Shown: in pieces, positions 36,600 to 46,651 of the stretch
How the letters are laid out: the number at the start of each line of letters is the position of its first letter
How positions within the stretch are numbered: position 1 is the stretch's first letter
NCBI GenBank assembly: GCA_023131895.1
Contig: JAGLYZ010000002.1
Coordinates: 43,364-107,363, forward strand
Source: Candidatus Parcubacteria bacterium
GTDB lineage: Bacteria; Patescibacteriota; Minisyncoccia; Minisyncoccales; JAGMDC01
Reading direction: 5' to 3'
Length of the DNA: 64,000 nt
Notes under the pieces: generated by a model
Told to the model about the DNA's origin: nothing
The model's database searches: none
The model's input: the letters and a program-made list of their open reading frames with translations, nothing else
Position numbers and translations under genes: made by a program

Positions 36600-37994
36600 A
36601 TGCCGGAAAACAATTCATTAAATAAAGAACTGCCTGAAAAACTTCCGCCTCAAAATATAGAAGCAGAAAAATCCCTGCTCGGCTCTTTGATGATTGATAA
36701 AAACGCTATCGTTAAAGTCGTTGACTTTTTACAGTCAAAAGATTTCTATCAAGGCATACACCAGCAGATTTACGAGACAATGGCAGAACTATTTGAAAAA
36801 AAAGAGCCAGTTGATTTGCTTTCTGTCTCCAACCGGCTTAAAGAAAAAGAGCAATTGGAAGCAATCGGAGGAAACAGTTATCTAACTGAATTAATAAACT
36901 CTGTGCCTAATGCGCTTCATGTTCTTAACTATGCTAAAATCGCCCAAAGAAAAAGAATTTTAAGGGATTTAATAAGCGCTTCTTATGAAATCGGTTTAAT
37001 GGGCTATAATGAAACAGACGATGTAGATGTTTTATTGGATAACGCGGAAAAAAGAATTTTTAGCATTGCCCAAAAATCACTTTCTCAAAAATTTGTTCCG
37101 GTAAAAGACACATTGGAAGAGGCATTTGAGCGCCTTGACGCTTTATCAAAGCAGAAAGAAGGCATAAGAGGAGTGCCAACTGGTTTTATTGATTTAGACA
37201 ATAAGTTATCCGGCCTTCAAAAATCTGATCTTATTATTTTAGCTTCCCGGCCATCTTTGGGGAAAAGCAGTTTAGCGCTTGACATCGCGCGTAATGCAGC
37301 TATTCACCATAAAATTGCAGTTGGAATATTCAGTTTAGAAATGTCAAAAGACCAGGTAGTAGACAGGATTATTGCCAGTACGGCTAATGTTGATTTATGG
37401 CGTTTTAGAACAGGCCGTTTGTCAAGCGAAGGAGAAAACAATGATTTTTCCAAAATCCAGCAGTCATTGGGCATATTGTCTGAAGCGCCAATTTATATTG
37501 ATGATGCCGCCACTTCTAATATTCTTCAAATGAGAGCAATGGCGCGCCGTTTGCAAGCAGATAAAGGATTGGGTTTGGTTATTGTTGATTATCTCCAGCT
37601 CATGGAGCCAAGAACTGCCAGCGCCAATATTGTTCAGCAAATGACTGAAATTTCCCGTTCCTTAAAAGGACTTGCTCGAGAGCTTAATGTTCCAGTTTTA
37701 GCTCTTTCGCAATTATCAAGAGCAGTAGAACAGCGCTCTCCGCAGATTCCGCGTTTATCAGACTTGCGTGACACAGGAGCTCTTGAACAGGATGCTGATG
37801 TGGTTTTGTTTATCCATCGGGAAGATAAATACAGGCCTGATACAGCGCGCAAAAATATCGCTGATATTATTATAGCCAAGCACCGTAATGGCCCGCCTGG
37901 AAAAGTGGAATTATATTTTAACGAACAAAAAGTCAGTTTTAGGAGTTTAGAAAAAACTGAAAAAGAAGAATTCGGCGAATCAGAGTATGAATAA
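36600..37994 (+). CDS. dnaB: replicative DNA helicase DnaB
   Basis: PQNIEAEKSLLGSLM N-terminus, Walker A SRPSLGKSSLALDIA, IVDYLQLM, and SQLSRAVEQR. Confidence 0.92.
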   Translation: MPENNSLNKELPEKLPPQNIEAEKSLLGSLMIDKNAIVKVVDFLQSKDFYQGIHQQIYETMAELFEKKEPVDLLSVSNRLKEKEQLEAIGGNSYLTELINSVPNALHVLNYAKIAQRKRILRDLISASYEIGLMGYNETDDVDVLLDNAEKRIFSIAQKSLSQKFVPVKDTLEEAFERLDALSKQKEGIRGVPTGFIDLDNKLSGLQKSDLIILASRPSLGKSSLALDIARNAAIHHKIAVGIFSLEMSKDQVVDRIIASTANVDLWRFRTGRLSSEGENNDFSKIQQSLGILSEAPIYIDDAATSNILQMRAMARRLQADKGLGLVIVDYLQLMEPRTASANIVQQMTEISRSLKGLARELNVPVLALSQLSRAVEQRSPQIPRLSDLRDTGALEQDADVVLFIHREDKYRPDTARKNIADIIIAKHRNGPPGKVELYFNEQKVSFRSLEKTEKEEFGESEYE

Positions 37995-38619
37995 TTATCC
38001 TCCTTCAATCCAAAAACTTATTGATATATTTTCCAGTTTTCCTACTGTTGGCCCGCGAACTGCGGCTCGTTTTGTTTTTTATCTAATGCGGCTACCGGAA
38101 GAAAAGATAAAAGAAATCTTAGATTCTGTTTCCAATTTAAAAAAGACCATAAAAATTTGCTCTTTTTGTTTTAGTCCTTTTCAAGCAGCAGACACTGAAG
38201 AAACTCTTTGCCCGATTTGCCAAAATAAGACCCGGAATAGAAATCTGCTTTGCATTATTGAAAAAGAAACTGATTTAGTTGCTCTTGAAAAAACTAAAAA
38301 ATACAATGGGCTTTATTTTATATTAGGCGGAACTGTTTCTAAACTAAAAGAAGATGAGATTAGAAAGCTAAGAGCTGAAGCATTAATAGAAAGAATAAAA
38401 AATCCAGAAAAATTTGGAATTTCTGGAGCTGATTTTCAAGAAATCATTATTGCTTTTAATCCTACTGCTGAAAGCGAAGCTACTGCTTTATATTTAAAAC
38501 GGCTCTTAAAGCCGCTTGGCAAGAAGATAACGCAGCTGGGCCGTGGCTTACCCATAGGCGGTGAATTAGAATACGCTGACCAAGAAACCCTGTCATCTGC
38601 ACTTGAAAGCAGAAGATAA
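37987..38619 (+). CDS. recR: recombination protein RecR
   Basis: HhH N-terminus (PTVGPRTAARF), a C4 zinc finger (CSFC...CPIC), and a Toprim region (CIIEKETDLVALE). Confidence 0.9.
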   Translation: MNNYPPSIQKLIDIFSSFPTVGPRTAARFVFYLMRLPEEKIKEILDSVSNLKKTIKICSFCFSPFQAADTEETLCPICQNKTRNRNLLCIIEKETDLVALEKTKKYNGLYFILGGTVSKLKEDEIRKLRAEALIERIKNPEKFGISGADFQEIIIAFNPTAESEATALYLKRLLKPLGKKITQLGRGLPIGGELEYADQETLSSALESRR

Positions 38620-38640
38620 AATAATTTTTTGCCAAATATT

Positions 38641-38666
38641 AAAAACACCATTTAAGGTGTTTTTTA
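38641..38666 (+). terminator. rho-independent terminator after recR
   Basis: aaaaacacc-attta-aggtgttttt followed by a T run. Confidence 0.7.
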
Positions 38667-38746
38667 GATTCTCTTTCTAAAACAAAATTAGTAATAATAT
38701 TGCGACCGTAAGATTATTACTAATAGAAAAAATTGATATTTTTAAA

Positions 38747-39064
38747 TTATTCTGTTTCAATTTTTAGGATTTCAACCTCTGTAAATAGCTGGCGATGGCC
38801 GGTTTTTTTTCTATATCTTTTCTTTGCCTTGTATTTAAAAATAATTACTTTTTTTTCTTTGCCCTGCTTTAAAACTTTTCCAATAACTTTAGCTCCCTTC
38901 ACTAAAGGAGTTCCAATTTCCAGTTTTTTATTCTTTTCTAAAAGCAAAACTTCGGAAAATTTTATCTCTTTTTCCTCTTTTGCGTCAAGTTTCTCTATTT
39001 TTAATTTAGTTCCTGGCTCAACAATATACTGTTTTCCGCCAGTTTTAATTACGGCCAGTGTCAT
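38747..39064 (-). CDS. rplU: 50S ribosomal protein L21
   Basis: MTLAVIKTGGKQYIV is the canonical L21 N-terminus. The longer track ORF (to 39109) is an upstream extension. Confidence 0.9.
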   Translation of the reverse strand: MTLAVIKTGGKQYIVEPGTKLKIEKLDAKEEKEIKFSEVLLLEKNKKLEIGTPLVKGAKVIGKVLKQGKEKKVIIFKYKAKKRYRKKTGHRQLFTEVEILKIETE

Positions 39065-39116
39065 ATTAGCATATAAACATTTAAACATATTAACATAACT
39101 CAAAATCAAAAAATTT

Positions 39117-39160
39117 TGCTGGAATGCTGGAATGCTAAAATGTTAGAATGTTAGAATGAT
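39117..39160. repeat. 8-bp tandem array (GGAATGCT x2, AAAATGTT, AGAATGTT, AGAATGAT)
   Basis: Read directly at 39121-39160. Its reverse complement belongs to the same family as the array at 55745-55784 (CATTYTAR). Confidence 0.85.
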
Positions 39161-40209
39161 TATTGCTCTGGTTTTTCTATTTGTAATGGTTCAACTTTTT
39201 TCTCTCCTTTAGTTATCTTAGCCACATCTTTATCTATTTTGCCAAATTCCTTATATGCCTGATTATAAGTATTTACTGTTGTGCTAATATTATTTCCTAA
39301 CCTCTGCAGAAAACTATCGTAATTCAGCAAATGTTTTTGAAGATTTTCTACTTGCTTTCCAATTTGCTTGGCTGATTCTTCTATCTGCAGAGCGCGCAAG
39401 CCCTGAAGCACGGTTTGCAAATAGGCATAAAAAGAAGTCGGAGAAACAATAATAACATGCTTTTCTTTAAAGGCATATTCAATTAAGTCGTAAGTAGTTA
39501 TCTTTATAGCACCAATTTGATTAATTAGCAAGTCATAATAAATGCCTTCAGAAGGAATGAACATAAAAGCAAAATCCATTGTTCCTTCGTCTGGCCTGAT
39601 ATATTTGGCTGTTTCCTCAATTCTCGTTTTTATATCCTGTTTAAATATTTTTTCTAATTTCTCCCTTTTCTCCGGCTCTTTTTCCTCTAAAATTTTATTG
39701 TAGTTTTCTAAAGAAAACTTGGAATCAATTGGAACAATTTTATCTTTTATAAAAATTACTGCGTCAACAATCTCGCCATCCTTGAATTGATACTGAAGCT
39801 TGTATTGATTTGGCTGAAAAACATTTTTTAGCAGGGTTTCTAAAAAATACTCGCCTAAAATCCCTCTTTGTTTTGGATTAGCCAAAACATCAGTCAATTT
39901 ACCCAGTTGCGATTTAACATCTAAAACATGCTGGTGGTCGCTGTGGATTTTCTCCAACTGGCTGGTTACGTCTCTTACAATCTTACCGCTTTCATTAAGT
40001 TGTTTTTGTAATGACTCTATATTCTTTTCGCTTGTTTTTTCTATTTTTTCCCGGATTTCTTTTAATTCCTGCTGGAACAAATTAAAAACCGGCTCATCTT
40101 CTTTTCTTTCTTTTAATAATCTTAGCTCTTTTCTAATTAAAAAAACTGAGAGCACCACTCCCCCGCTAACAACTAAAACTATTATTAAAACAAAAAACAA
40201 CTCAGCCAT
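39160..40209 (-). CDS. rmuC: DNA recombination protein RmuC
   Basis: N-terminal TM, a coiled-coil, and the RmuC nuclease-like core (DAVIFIKDKIVPIDSKF...FMFIPSEGIY). Confidence 0.85.
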   Translation of the reverse strand: MAELFFVLIIVLVVSGGVVLSVFLIRKELRLLKERKEDEPVFNLFQQELKEIREKIEKTSEKNIESLQKQLNESGKIVRDVTSQLEKIHSDHQHVLDVKSQLGKLTDVLANPKQRGILGEYFLETLLKNVFQPNQYKLQYQFKDGEIVDAVIFIKDKIVPIDSKFSLENYNKILEEKEPEKREKLEKIFKQDIKTRIEETAKYIRPDEGTMDFAFMFIPSEGIYYDLLINQIGAIKITTYDLIEYAFKEKHVIIVSPTSFYAYLQTVLQGLRALQIEESAKQIGKQVENLQKHLLNYDSFLQRLGNNISTTVNTYNQAYKEFGKIDKDVAKITKGEKKVEPLQIEKPEQ

Positions 40210-40240
40210 AATAAAAATGCCTCATTCTAAAATGAAAAAT

Positions 40241-40462
40241 CTATTCTTTTATTCCTTTAACTGCTTCTTCTTTTTCTGTGTCAAGCAAAATGATATCCTT
40301 TAAAGTTTTCAAAAGACCAATCCTTTCTTTTTCATCTAAATAAGGCAATCTATCTAAAAATTCCTTTCTTTGTTCTTCTGTTATTAATGGAGTTTCTTTA
40401 ATAAGGCCTTTCAAAGATTTATTTGTGAGAAGAATATTAGTCATAAGTTTATATTTCTCCAA
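40241..40462 (-). CDS. hypothetical 73-aa protein, last gene of the T4CP-like operon
   Basis: Overlaps the upstream ORF by 14 nt. No motif recognised. Confidence 0.5.
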   Translation of the reverse strand: MEKYKLMTNILLTNKSLKGLIKETPLITEEQRKEFLDRLPYLDEKERIGLLKTLKDIILLDTEKEEAVKGIKE

Positions 40463-42158
40463 AAATAATTGCTAAAATCCAATCTATTAGACCATACTTT
40501 TTTTCTGAGAATTCTTTATAAACTTCTTTCTGCTCGTCTGTAAGTTTTTCTGGCTCAATCCCCCAACTTTCAAGAGTTTCTCTCAAACCTTCCTCATCTT
40601 CTTCCCATTCTCCTTCTAATTCTTCATCTTTTTTTATTAATTTAGTAAATTCTTTTTTTATATTTTCTTTCCCTTCTTTGCCTTTTCCAAATTCTTTTTC
40701 TATTTTCGCTTTTCTTTTAGAATCTTTGTCAATTTCTTTTGATAATTCTCGTGCCGCTACATCTCTTCCCATTTTTTCATAACATTTCTCTATTATTTCA
40801 TCTGTGGTTTTTTCCACTTCCTCTTTAAGAATATCATTCTTTTTTTCTTCAAATTTTATATTCCATTCCTCTCCCAATTCCTCTTTTTTGGTATTAATTT
40901 CTCCATTTTTTATTTCATTACCTATTTCAATAATTTTTTCAAATCTTGTCATTTTTATCTTCCCACCTATTTGCTTCCCTGTTATATTAACTTTATCCTC
41001 ACCAAAAGGATTAATTTTTCTTGCTTTTTTTATTTTTCCAATCTCCTCTGGAGAAATTTCCTGTTTTAGAAAAGCAAGAACATCACTTTCTTCTATTTCC
41101 TTCAATCCTTTCAAATTCTTATTTAAAGTTTCCTGCAGATAATCTACTCTTGACTTAGCATAATCATCAATACTTCCCGCTGCTTTTTGCTTCACAGGCG
41201 ATAATCTGTCCCATTCCTCCTGAAAAAATTTATTTATTTCTTCAATTTTAAAAGTTTCTATTCCTTTTTCTACATAATCATTTTTTTCTCCTATACCTGC
41301 TTCAGTTTTTGTTTTCTTATCTAAATTTTCTCCAACAAGCTTTTCCCAAACTTTTTCTTTAATTGGACCCTCGGGAAGACGTTTGAAAATTGCTGTTTTT
41401 ATATCCGGAGGGAGATCTTCTCCAAAATATTCTATTTCTTCTCTTAAATTTTCAGCGTATTTCCATTCTTTATTCTCTTTATCAAGTAAACCCCAAAATT
41501 CATTCTTATCCCTGACACAATCCATTACTCTGCTTTCATCAAACTCATCTATGTCTTGCCCTGCCAATTCCGAATAATCATCTGGGTAATTTTCTATTTG
41601 CTCTTTTAACCATTCTTTACCTTGACTAACTAAAATATCTTTCATTTGCTCCTCAAGAATGCCTTGAATACTTTTAATAGTATCTTTATCTACGCTAAAT
41701 CTTTCTTTGTCGTAAAATCTTCTATAAATTTCACTTTTTCTATCCTCTGTTTTCTTTCTTTTTTCCTCTTCCAATTTTTCTCCCAATTCAGGAGATTTTT
41801 TCTTCTTTTTTCTCTCTACTTTTTCTTCCTTTTCCTTTTTTTCTTTTTCTTCTTCTCCTTTTCCCGCTTCTTTTTTTCTCGCTTCCAGTATTTTTTCAAT
41901 CTCTTCCTTTGACATACTATCTTTATCTATTTCTTTATCCGCTATTTTTTCTCCTTTTTCTTGTTTTCCCACATTTTTTTTGTTATTATTTTCATCTTTT
42001 AGTTCCGACCTTTTTATTTTTTCTTTTGTTTCGTTTGTAAAATCATCCTCTTTCACTTCCTCCTCTTCTTCAACTGAAAAATTCCAGCCCGTCTCTTTGC
42101 CCGTTTCTTTCATCTCTTTGAGAATTTTTTTTCCTAATCCTCTTTCTCTTTTTCTCAT
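40449..42158 (-). CDS. E/K-rich low-complexity protein (569 aa) with a C-terminal hydrophobic tail
   Basis: The translation is dominated by Glu/Lys repeats and ends with LIDWILAIIFGEI. Confidence 0.6.
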   Translation of the reverse strand: MRKRERGLGKKILKEMKETGKETGWNFSVEEEEEVKEDDFTNETKEKIKRSELKDENNNKKNVGKQEKGEKIADKEIDKDSMSKEEIEKILEARKKEAGKGEEEKEKKEKEEKVERKKKKKSPELGEKLEEEKRKKTEDRKSEIYRRFYDKERFSVDKDTIKSIQGILEEQMKDILVSQGKEWLKEQIENYPDDYSELAGQDIDEFDESRVMDCVRDKNEFWGLLDKENKEWKYAENLREEIEYFGEDLPPDIKTAIFKRLPEGPIKEKVWEKLVGENLDKKTKTEAGIGEKNDYVEKGIETFKIEEINKFFQEEWDRLSPVKQKAAGSIDDYAKSRVDYLQETLNKNLKGLKEIEESDVLAFLKQEISPEEIGKIKKARKINPFGEDKVNITGKQIGGKIKMTRFEKIIEIGNEIKNGEINTKKEELGEEWNIKFEEKKNDILKEEVEKTTDEIIEKCYEKMGRDVAARELSKEIDKDSKRKAKIEKEFGKGKEGKENIKKEFTKLIKKDEELEGEWEEDEEGLRETLESWGIEPEKLTDEQKEVYKEFSEKKYGLIDWILAIIFGEI

Positions 42159-42181
42159 GTTTTTTACCCTGTTAAATAATT

Positions 42182-44626
42182 TTATCCAAGTCTTGACCTT
42201 TCCATTATTTCTCTTTCAACAAGTGCTCTTGGTCTGCCATATTTTAGCTTGGAGATTTTCTTGACTGGTTCTACAATTTTTGGATTACCTCCAACTGGTT
42301 TAATGGTTTTTACCTTAAATGGAGAAGAAACCTTGTTGTCTATTATCATCTTAACAATAAACTGAAAATTATCAAGATTAACTAAGTCATAACGGGAGAA
42401 TTCCGGCTCAAGGACATTTTCCAAAAATTCAGCATCAGTGGCGCCAATTCTGAAGGCAGCAATTGTTCCCACGTTTCCAATCACAGCGTTTCTAATCTCA
42501 TCGGTTAATTGAGGAATAAACTGGTGTGCTAAAATTAAATCCAAACGGTATTTTCTCGCCTCTGATAAAATAGTAGCAATGGTATCAGTGGTGAAGTTTT
42601 GAAATTCATCAATATATAAGTAAAAATCTTTTCTCTGTTCTTCAGGCAGTTTCCCTCTTTTCATTGCAGCTAACTGCATTTTTGAGACCAAAATCAAACC
42701 CAATAAAGAACTATTCATTTCGCCTGTTTGTCCTTTTGACAAATTGGCTAAAAATATTTTTCCTTCATCCATAATCTTTGCCAAATCAAACCCAGAAAAG
42801 GACTGGCCAATAATATTCCTCATCATTTCATTCTCAACAAATCTGCCAACTTTGGAAACAACATAACCAAGCATATCTGACTTTGTTTCGCCAGTTGTTT
42901 GAGCCCATTCTTTCAGCCAGAACTGCTTTACTAAAGGATCTTTGACTTTTTCTAACCGTTCCTTCATAAAATCATCATCTGTAAAAATTCTTGGAATTTC
43001 CACTAATGTTCCTGGGTTTTCTTTATCTGCCATTAAAGCAAGCATTGCGTTTCTCATATAATGCTCAAACATAGGACCAATGATTTCTGGAGGAAAAAGC
43101 TTGGAGAAAATAGCAATCATTTCAGAAACAGCAAAATCTTTTTGTTCAGGCGTATCCCATTCCAGCATATTTAATCCGCATGGTCTTTCTAAATCAAATG
43201 GTTCAAACAAAACCACATCTTCAGCCCTTTCTTTTGGAATATTTGCTAAAGTGTCTTCAATCAAATCACCGTGAGGGTCAATTACAGCTACCCCTCTTCC
43301 TTGTTCTATATCCTGACGGATCATTTCTCTTAACAAGGATGACTTACCAGTTCCGGTTTGACCAATAATATAACAATGGCGGCGCCTGTCGTTTTCTGAA
43401 GCAAAATAAACATCTTTTTCTTCATTGCGAAAAACTGCCTTACCTATTAAATTAAGTCCAGTAGAGGGCAATTCAGTAGGCGGCGCTGTTTCTTTTGTTT
43501 TGACCCACTTGATTTGAGGGCTTTCAATATTAGATAAAGGGAAATGATAAATACTTGTAAGTTCTTCTAAATTTAGAATACTCCTCTGGTTTTTATTGAA
43601 AACACGAAAACTGAAATTATAAATAAACTGCTTGAGTTTGTTCGCTTTTATTCTTACTGCCTTAAATTCATTGAAATTATTATAAAACTGGGAAAAACCG
43701 CTTTCTAAGTGGTCTAAAATTTCCTCTGCCCTTGATTGTTCCGGTGCTACACTTACTAAACGGATATTTATATCAAAAACCGGCTTTTGGATTTTTGTTT
43801 TAATTGCTTCAAAGCTCGGTTCTTCAAATGGTTTGTCTTTTTCTTTATCTAATAGTCCTTTCTTCTCTTCTTCTTTTTTTGGAGATACTGCTTCAAAAAA
43901 TGATTCAAAAAACTTCATTATTCCGCTTTTCTCTGCTTCAGTAATAGCTGATGAGGCAGATTTTCCTTCTCTGATTTTATAAAGAACCTTTTCTCCCTTA
44001 TACTTCAAATCTATTGGACAAGGCCTAAGAATTATTTGAACTGCCGCTCCTTCGTCAGGATTAATCTTGCTTAAAGTATTAGTAATGCTTGCCAAAGGAT
44101 CTCTATCCAAATTTTTATAAGTATTAATCGGATAATAAATTGCTTTTTTTAATTTTAGATAACAACCAGATACTTTTCCTTCTGGTTCAAATACAGTATA
44201 ATCTTCAGGAACTTTTTCTACTTGAGCGCCTGGATATAATCCCTGAATATTTTTTTCTAATCTGGTTGCCAAATCAGTTGGAACAGCAACATAAAAAGAA
44301 ATATCACTGCCGCCTGTTTGTGAAGCAATTTCTAAAGCAATTCTTGGCGAGCCTTGCAAAAATCTTTTAATAAAATTCGGCTTTTCTAAATACAAAAAAT
44401 TAGAATATATCTGCTCCATTATTCCAATCACTGATTTTATGTCCTGTTTCTCTTTTTCTTCTTTCTTTTCGTATTTCGGTAATCTCACCAAAAACAAAAC
44501 CATATCCAATGATTTTGTTAATTGCTTAATTTTTCTTTTCTTAATAACTAAAAACCAACCTGTTCCAGCAAGAATAAAAGCTATAAAAATTAAAATCGTA
44601 AATAAAAAATACATAAATAGTATCAA
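42182..44626 (-). CDS. VirD4/TraD/TrwB-like type IV coupling protein-family ATPase (814 aa) with an N-terminal TM anchor
   Basis: TM segment FLFTILIFIAFILAGTGWFLVI, Walker A IIGQTGTGKSS, Walker B FYLYIDEFQNF, and ILAHQFIPQL, a TraD/TraG C-terminal-like region. Confidence 0.75.
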   Translation of the reverse strand: MILFMYFLFTILIFIAFILAGTGWFLVIKKRKIKQLTKSLDMVLFLVRLPKYEKKEEKEKQDIKSVIGIMEQIYSNFLYLEKPNFIKRFLQGSPRIALEIASQTGGSDISFYVAVPTDLATRLEKNIQGLYPGAQVEKVPEDYTVFEPEGKVSGCYLKLKKAIYYPINTYKNLDRDPLASITNTLSKINPDEGAAVQIILRPCPIDLKYKGEKVLYKIREGKSASSAITEAEKSGIMKFFESFFEAVSPKKEEEKKGLLDKEKDKPFEEPSFEAIKTKIQKPVFDINIRLVSVAPEQSRAEEILDHLESGFSQFYNNFNEFKAVRIKANKLKQFIYNFSFRVFNKNQRSILNLEELTSIYHFPLSNIESPQIKWVKTKETAPPTELPSTGLNLIGKAVFRNEEKDVYFASENDRRRHCYIIGQTGTGKSSLLREMIRQDIEQGRGVAVIDPHGDLIEDTLANIPKERAEDVVLFEPFDLERPCGLNMLEWDTPEQKDFAVSEMIAIFSKLFPPEIIGPMFEHYMRNAMLALMADKENPGTLVEIPRIFTDDDFMKERLEKVKDPLVKQFWLKEWAQTTGETKSDMLGYVVSKVGRFVENEMMRNIIGQSFSGFDLAKIMDEGKIFLANLSKGQTGEMNSSLLGLILVSKMQLAAMKRGKLPEEQRKDFYLYIDEFQNFTTDTIATILSEARKYRLDLILAHQFIPQLTDEIRNAVIGNVGTIAAFRIGATDAEFLENVLEPEFSRYDLVNLDNFQFIVKMIIDNKVSSPFKVKTIKPVGGNPKIVEPVKKISKLKYGRPRALVEREIMERSRLG

Positions 44627-44641
44627 TAGTATTTCACTGTT

Positions 44642-45364
44642 TTATTTTCTTCCAAACAATCTTTTTATTATTCCCAGCCTACCTTTCTCTTCCTCTTCTT
44701 TCTCTTTCCCTTCTGGTATTCCTGTTTCTTCTCCACTAATTTTTTCTTCATCTTTTTCTGACTCTGTCTTTTTCACAAGCTCTCCTCTTCGTTCTAATTC
44801 TTGTAATTCTTCCTTTAATTGATTATAATTTTCTTCCAATTTCTTCATTTCTTTTTCTCTTTCTTCTAAATCTATCAGAGGATTTTGCCATTTTTCTTCT
44901 GGTATTCTACGAATTCCACCTTTGTCAAATTCACCTTTTTCTATTCTTATTTTAAATCTTTCCGCATTCTCCTTCGCCATAGTTAACATCTTATATTTCT
45001 GGTCTATTTCTAAAATTACTCCTTCTAAGTTATTAAAAATCTCCTCGGCTTTTTCTGTTAACAATCCATTTCTTTGCAACTCTTTCCAATTTTCCATTTC
45101 TCGCATTTTTTCCATAGCTTCTTCTATTTTTTCTTTCTCTTCTTCTATTATTTCCCTTTCTTCTGGTGTTAATTCGTCTTTTAACTCTTTCCTTGTTTCT
45201 TTAATCTTTCTTTTGTCTTCGGCTTCAATCTCGGCTTCTTGTTCCTCAATTTCCTCTTCTGACACTTCTTCAATTTTTTCTTCTTTAACTGCCCCTTCTT
45301 CTTTCCTTTTTTCTGCTCTTGTTCTGCCCTCATATTCAATTTTAGGTTTTTCTTGTTTTGGCAT
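44642..45364 (-). CDS. E/K-rich coiled-coil protein (240 aa)
   Basis: Low-complexity charged translation, 15 nt upstream of the coupling ATPase. Confidence 0.55.
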   Translation of the reverse strand: MPKQEKPKIEYEGRTRAEKRKEEGAVKEEKIEEVSEEEIEEQEAEIEAEDKRKIKETRKELKDELTPEEREIIEEEKEKIEEAMEKMREMENWKELQRNGLLTEKAEEIFNNLEGVILEIDQKYKMLTMAKENAERFKIRIEKGEFDKGGIRRIPEEKWQNPLIDLEEREKEMKKLEENYNQLKEELQELERRGELVKKTESEKDEEKISGEETGIPEGKEKEEEEKGRLGIIKRLFGRK

Positions 45365-45417
45365 AAATTTAAATTTTGAATTTTTTTTATTAAACTCGAC
45401 CTTTTTATTTTTCTAAT

Positions 45418-45807
45418 TTATTTTTCTAAAAATTTCTTGAAACGGCCTTCTTCTGCTAAAGTGTCGTGGAATAAATCTAAAAGATATGGGTCGTTCATTT
45501 TCCGAACCACTTCTACCGCATAAGCCAAACCCTGGGTTTGAGCCAAATCTAAAAGATGCTGGATCTTCCCTTGAACCGTTCCTTTTTTTATATCATCGGC
45601 TTGCTTTTGGGCTTGGACTTTTGTTTGAGGAGATAACTTAACCTTTTCAATCTCTTTTTCTATTTCTTTCCTTGCTTCTTTTTCCTGCTCGGTTAATTCT
45701 TTCTTTTCTAAAATCTCCTCCCTTTCTTCTAGGGTTTCTTTGGGAAAAACCTCTTCTCTGTATTCCTTTCCCGGTGCCTTTTCAATTTTTTTATTTGTTT
45801 CTTCCAT
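45418..45807 (-). CDS. hypothetical 129-aa charged protein
   Basis: Starts 2 nt after the Fic stop. No motif recognised. Confidence 0.55.
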   Translation of the reverse strand: MEETNKKIEKAPGKEYREEVFPKETLEEREEILEKKELTEQEKEARKEIEKEIEKVKLSPQTKVQAQKQADDIKKGTVQGKIQHLLDLAQTQGLAYAVEVVRKMNDPYLLDLFHDTLAEEGRFKKFLEK

Positions 45808-45808
45808 A

Positions 45809-46648
45809 TTATTTTTGATTTACGATACTAAAATAAAAGTTTAAAACATCATTCATACATTCAACAATAAAACTCAAAAAATCGCTTCCATCGTGCTGGA
45901 CAGATGCTTTTTCTAAAGCATTAATATATATACCTCTTTTTTCTAAAGGAATAATAGTAATCGGATAACTGTCTCGCAAAAGCATTAAATTCATTAAAAG
46001 CCGGGCTGCTCTGCCATTGCCATCAGTAAAAGGATGAATATGAGTAAAGCAGAAATGAAATAAAACAGCTCTTTTTATAGGATGAATATCAATATCGTTC
46101 ATAATCTTTACAAATTCTTCCATTAATTCAGGAACTTTTTCTGGTCGAGGCAGAACATGACGAGAACCTTTAATAAATCGCTGGTTTTTTCTATAAAATC
46201 CAATGCCATATTCATATTCTTTTTCTAAATTTTCCATTGGTTTAAACAAAATTTTATGAACTTCTTTCATTAAATCTTCGTTTAAAGGATATTTTTCTTT
46301 TTCTTTAACAATTTCTTTGATAAACTTCAACGCCTTATTATATCCTAAAACCTCTAAATGATCTTTTAAGGGCTTGCCAGAGATAGTAATTCCTTTTTCT
46401 ATTACTAATGCGGTCTCACCCAAAGTTAAAGTGTTCCCTTCTATCGCCGTGGAATTATGAATTTCATCAATAGCAAGTTTTTCTTCAAGCGATTTTAACG
46501 ACCCTGCTGGCAAAGGCCTTAAAGAATTTAATTCCTTGTTTCGCTTTTCAATCTCTCTCAAATCCACCTTTTCAAAACTCGTCAGTACTTTATCCATTAT
46601 TTCCTTAAAATCCGCGACATAACTTTGTAATTGATTTTGATTAGACAT
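45809..46648 (-). CDS. Fic family protein (AMPylase-type) with an intramolecular inhibitory helix
   Basis: Fic motif HPFTDGNGRAARLL and an N-terminal inhibitory motif STAIEGN, i.e. (S/T)xxxE(G/N). Confidence 0.9.
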   Translation of the reverse strand: MSNQNQLQSYVADFKEIMDKVLTSFEKVDLREIEKRNKELNSLRPLPAGSLKSLEEKLAIDEIHNSTAIEGNTLTLGETALVIEKGITISGKPLKDHLEVLGYNKALKFIKEIVKEKEKYPLNEDLMKEVHKILFKPMENLEKEYEYGIGFYRKNQRFIKGSRHVLPRPEKVPELMEEFVKIMNDIDIHPIKRAVLFHFCFTHIHPFTDGNGRAARLLMNLMLLRDSYPITIIPLEKRGIYINALEKASVQHDGSDFLSFIVECMNDVLNFYFSIVNQK

Positions 46649-46651
46649 AGT

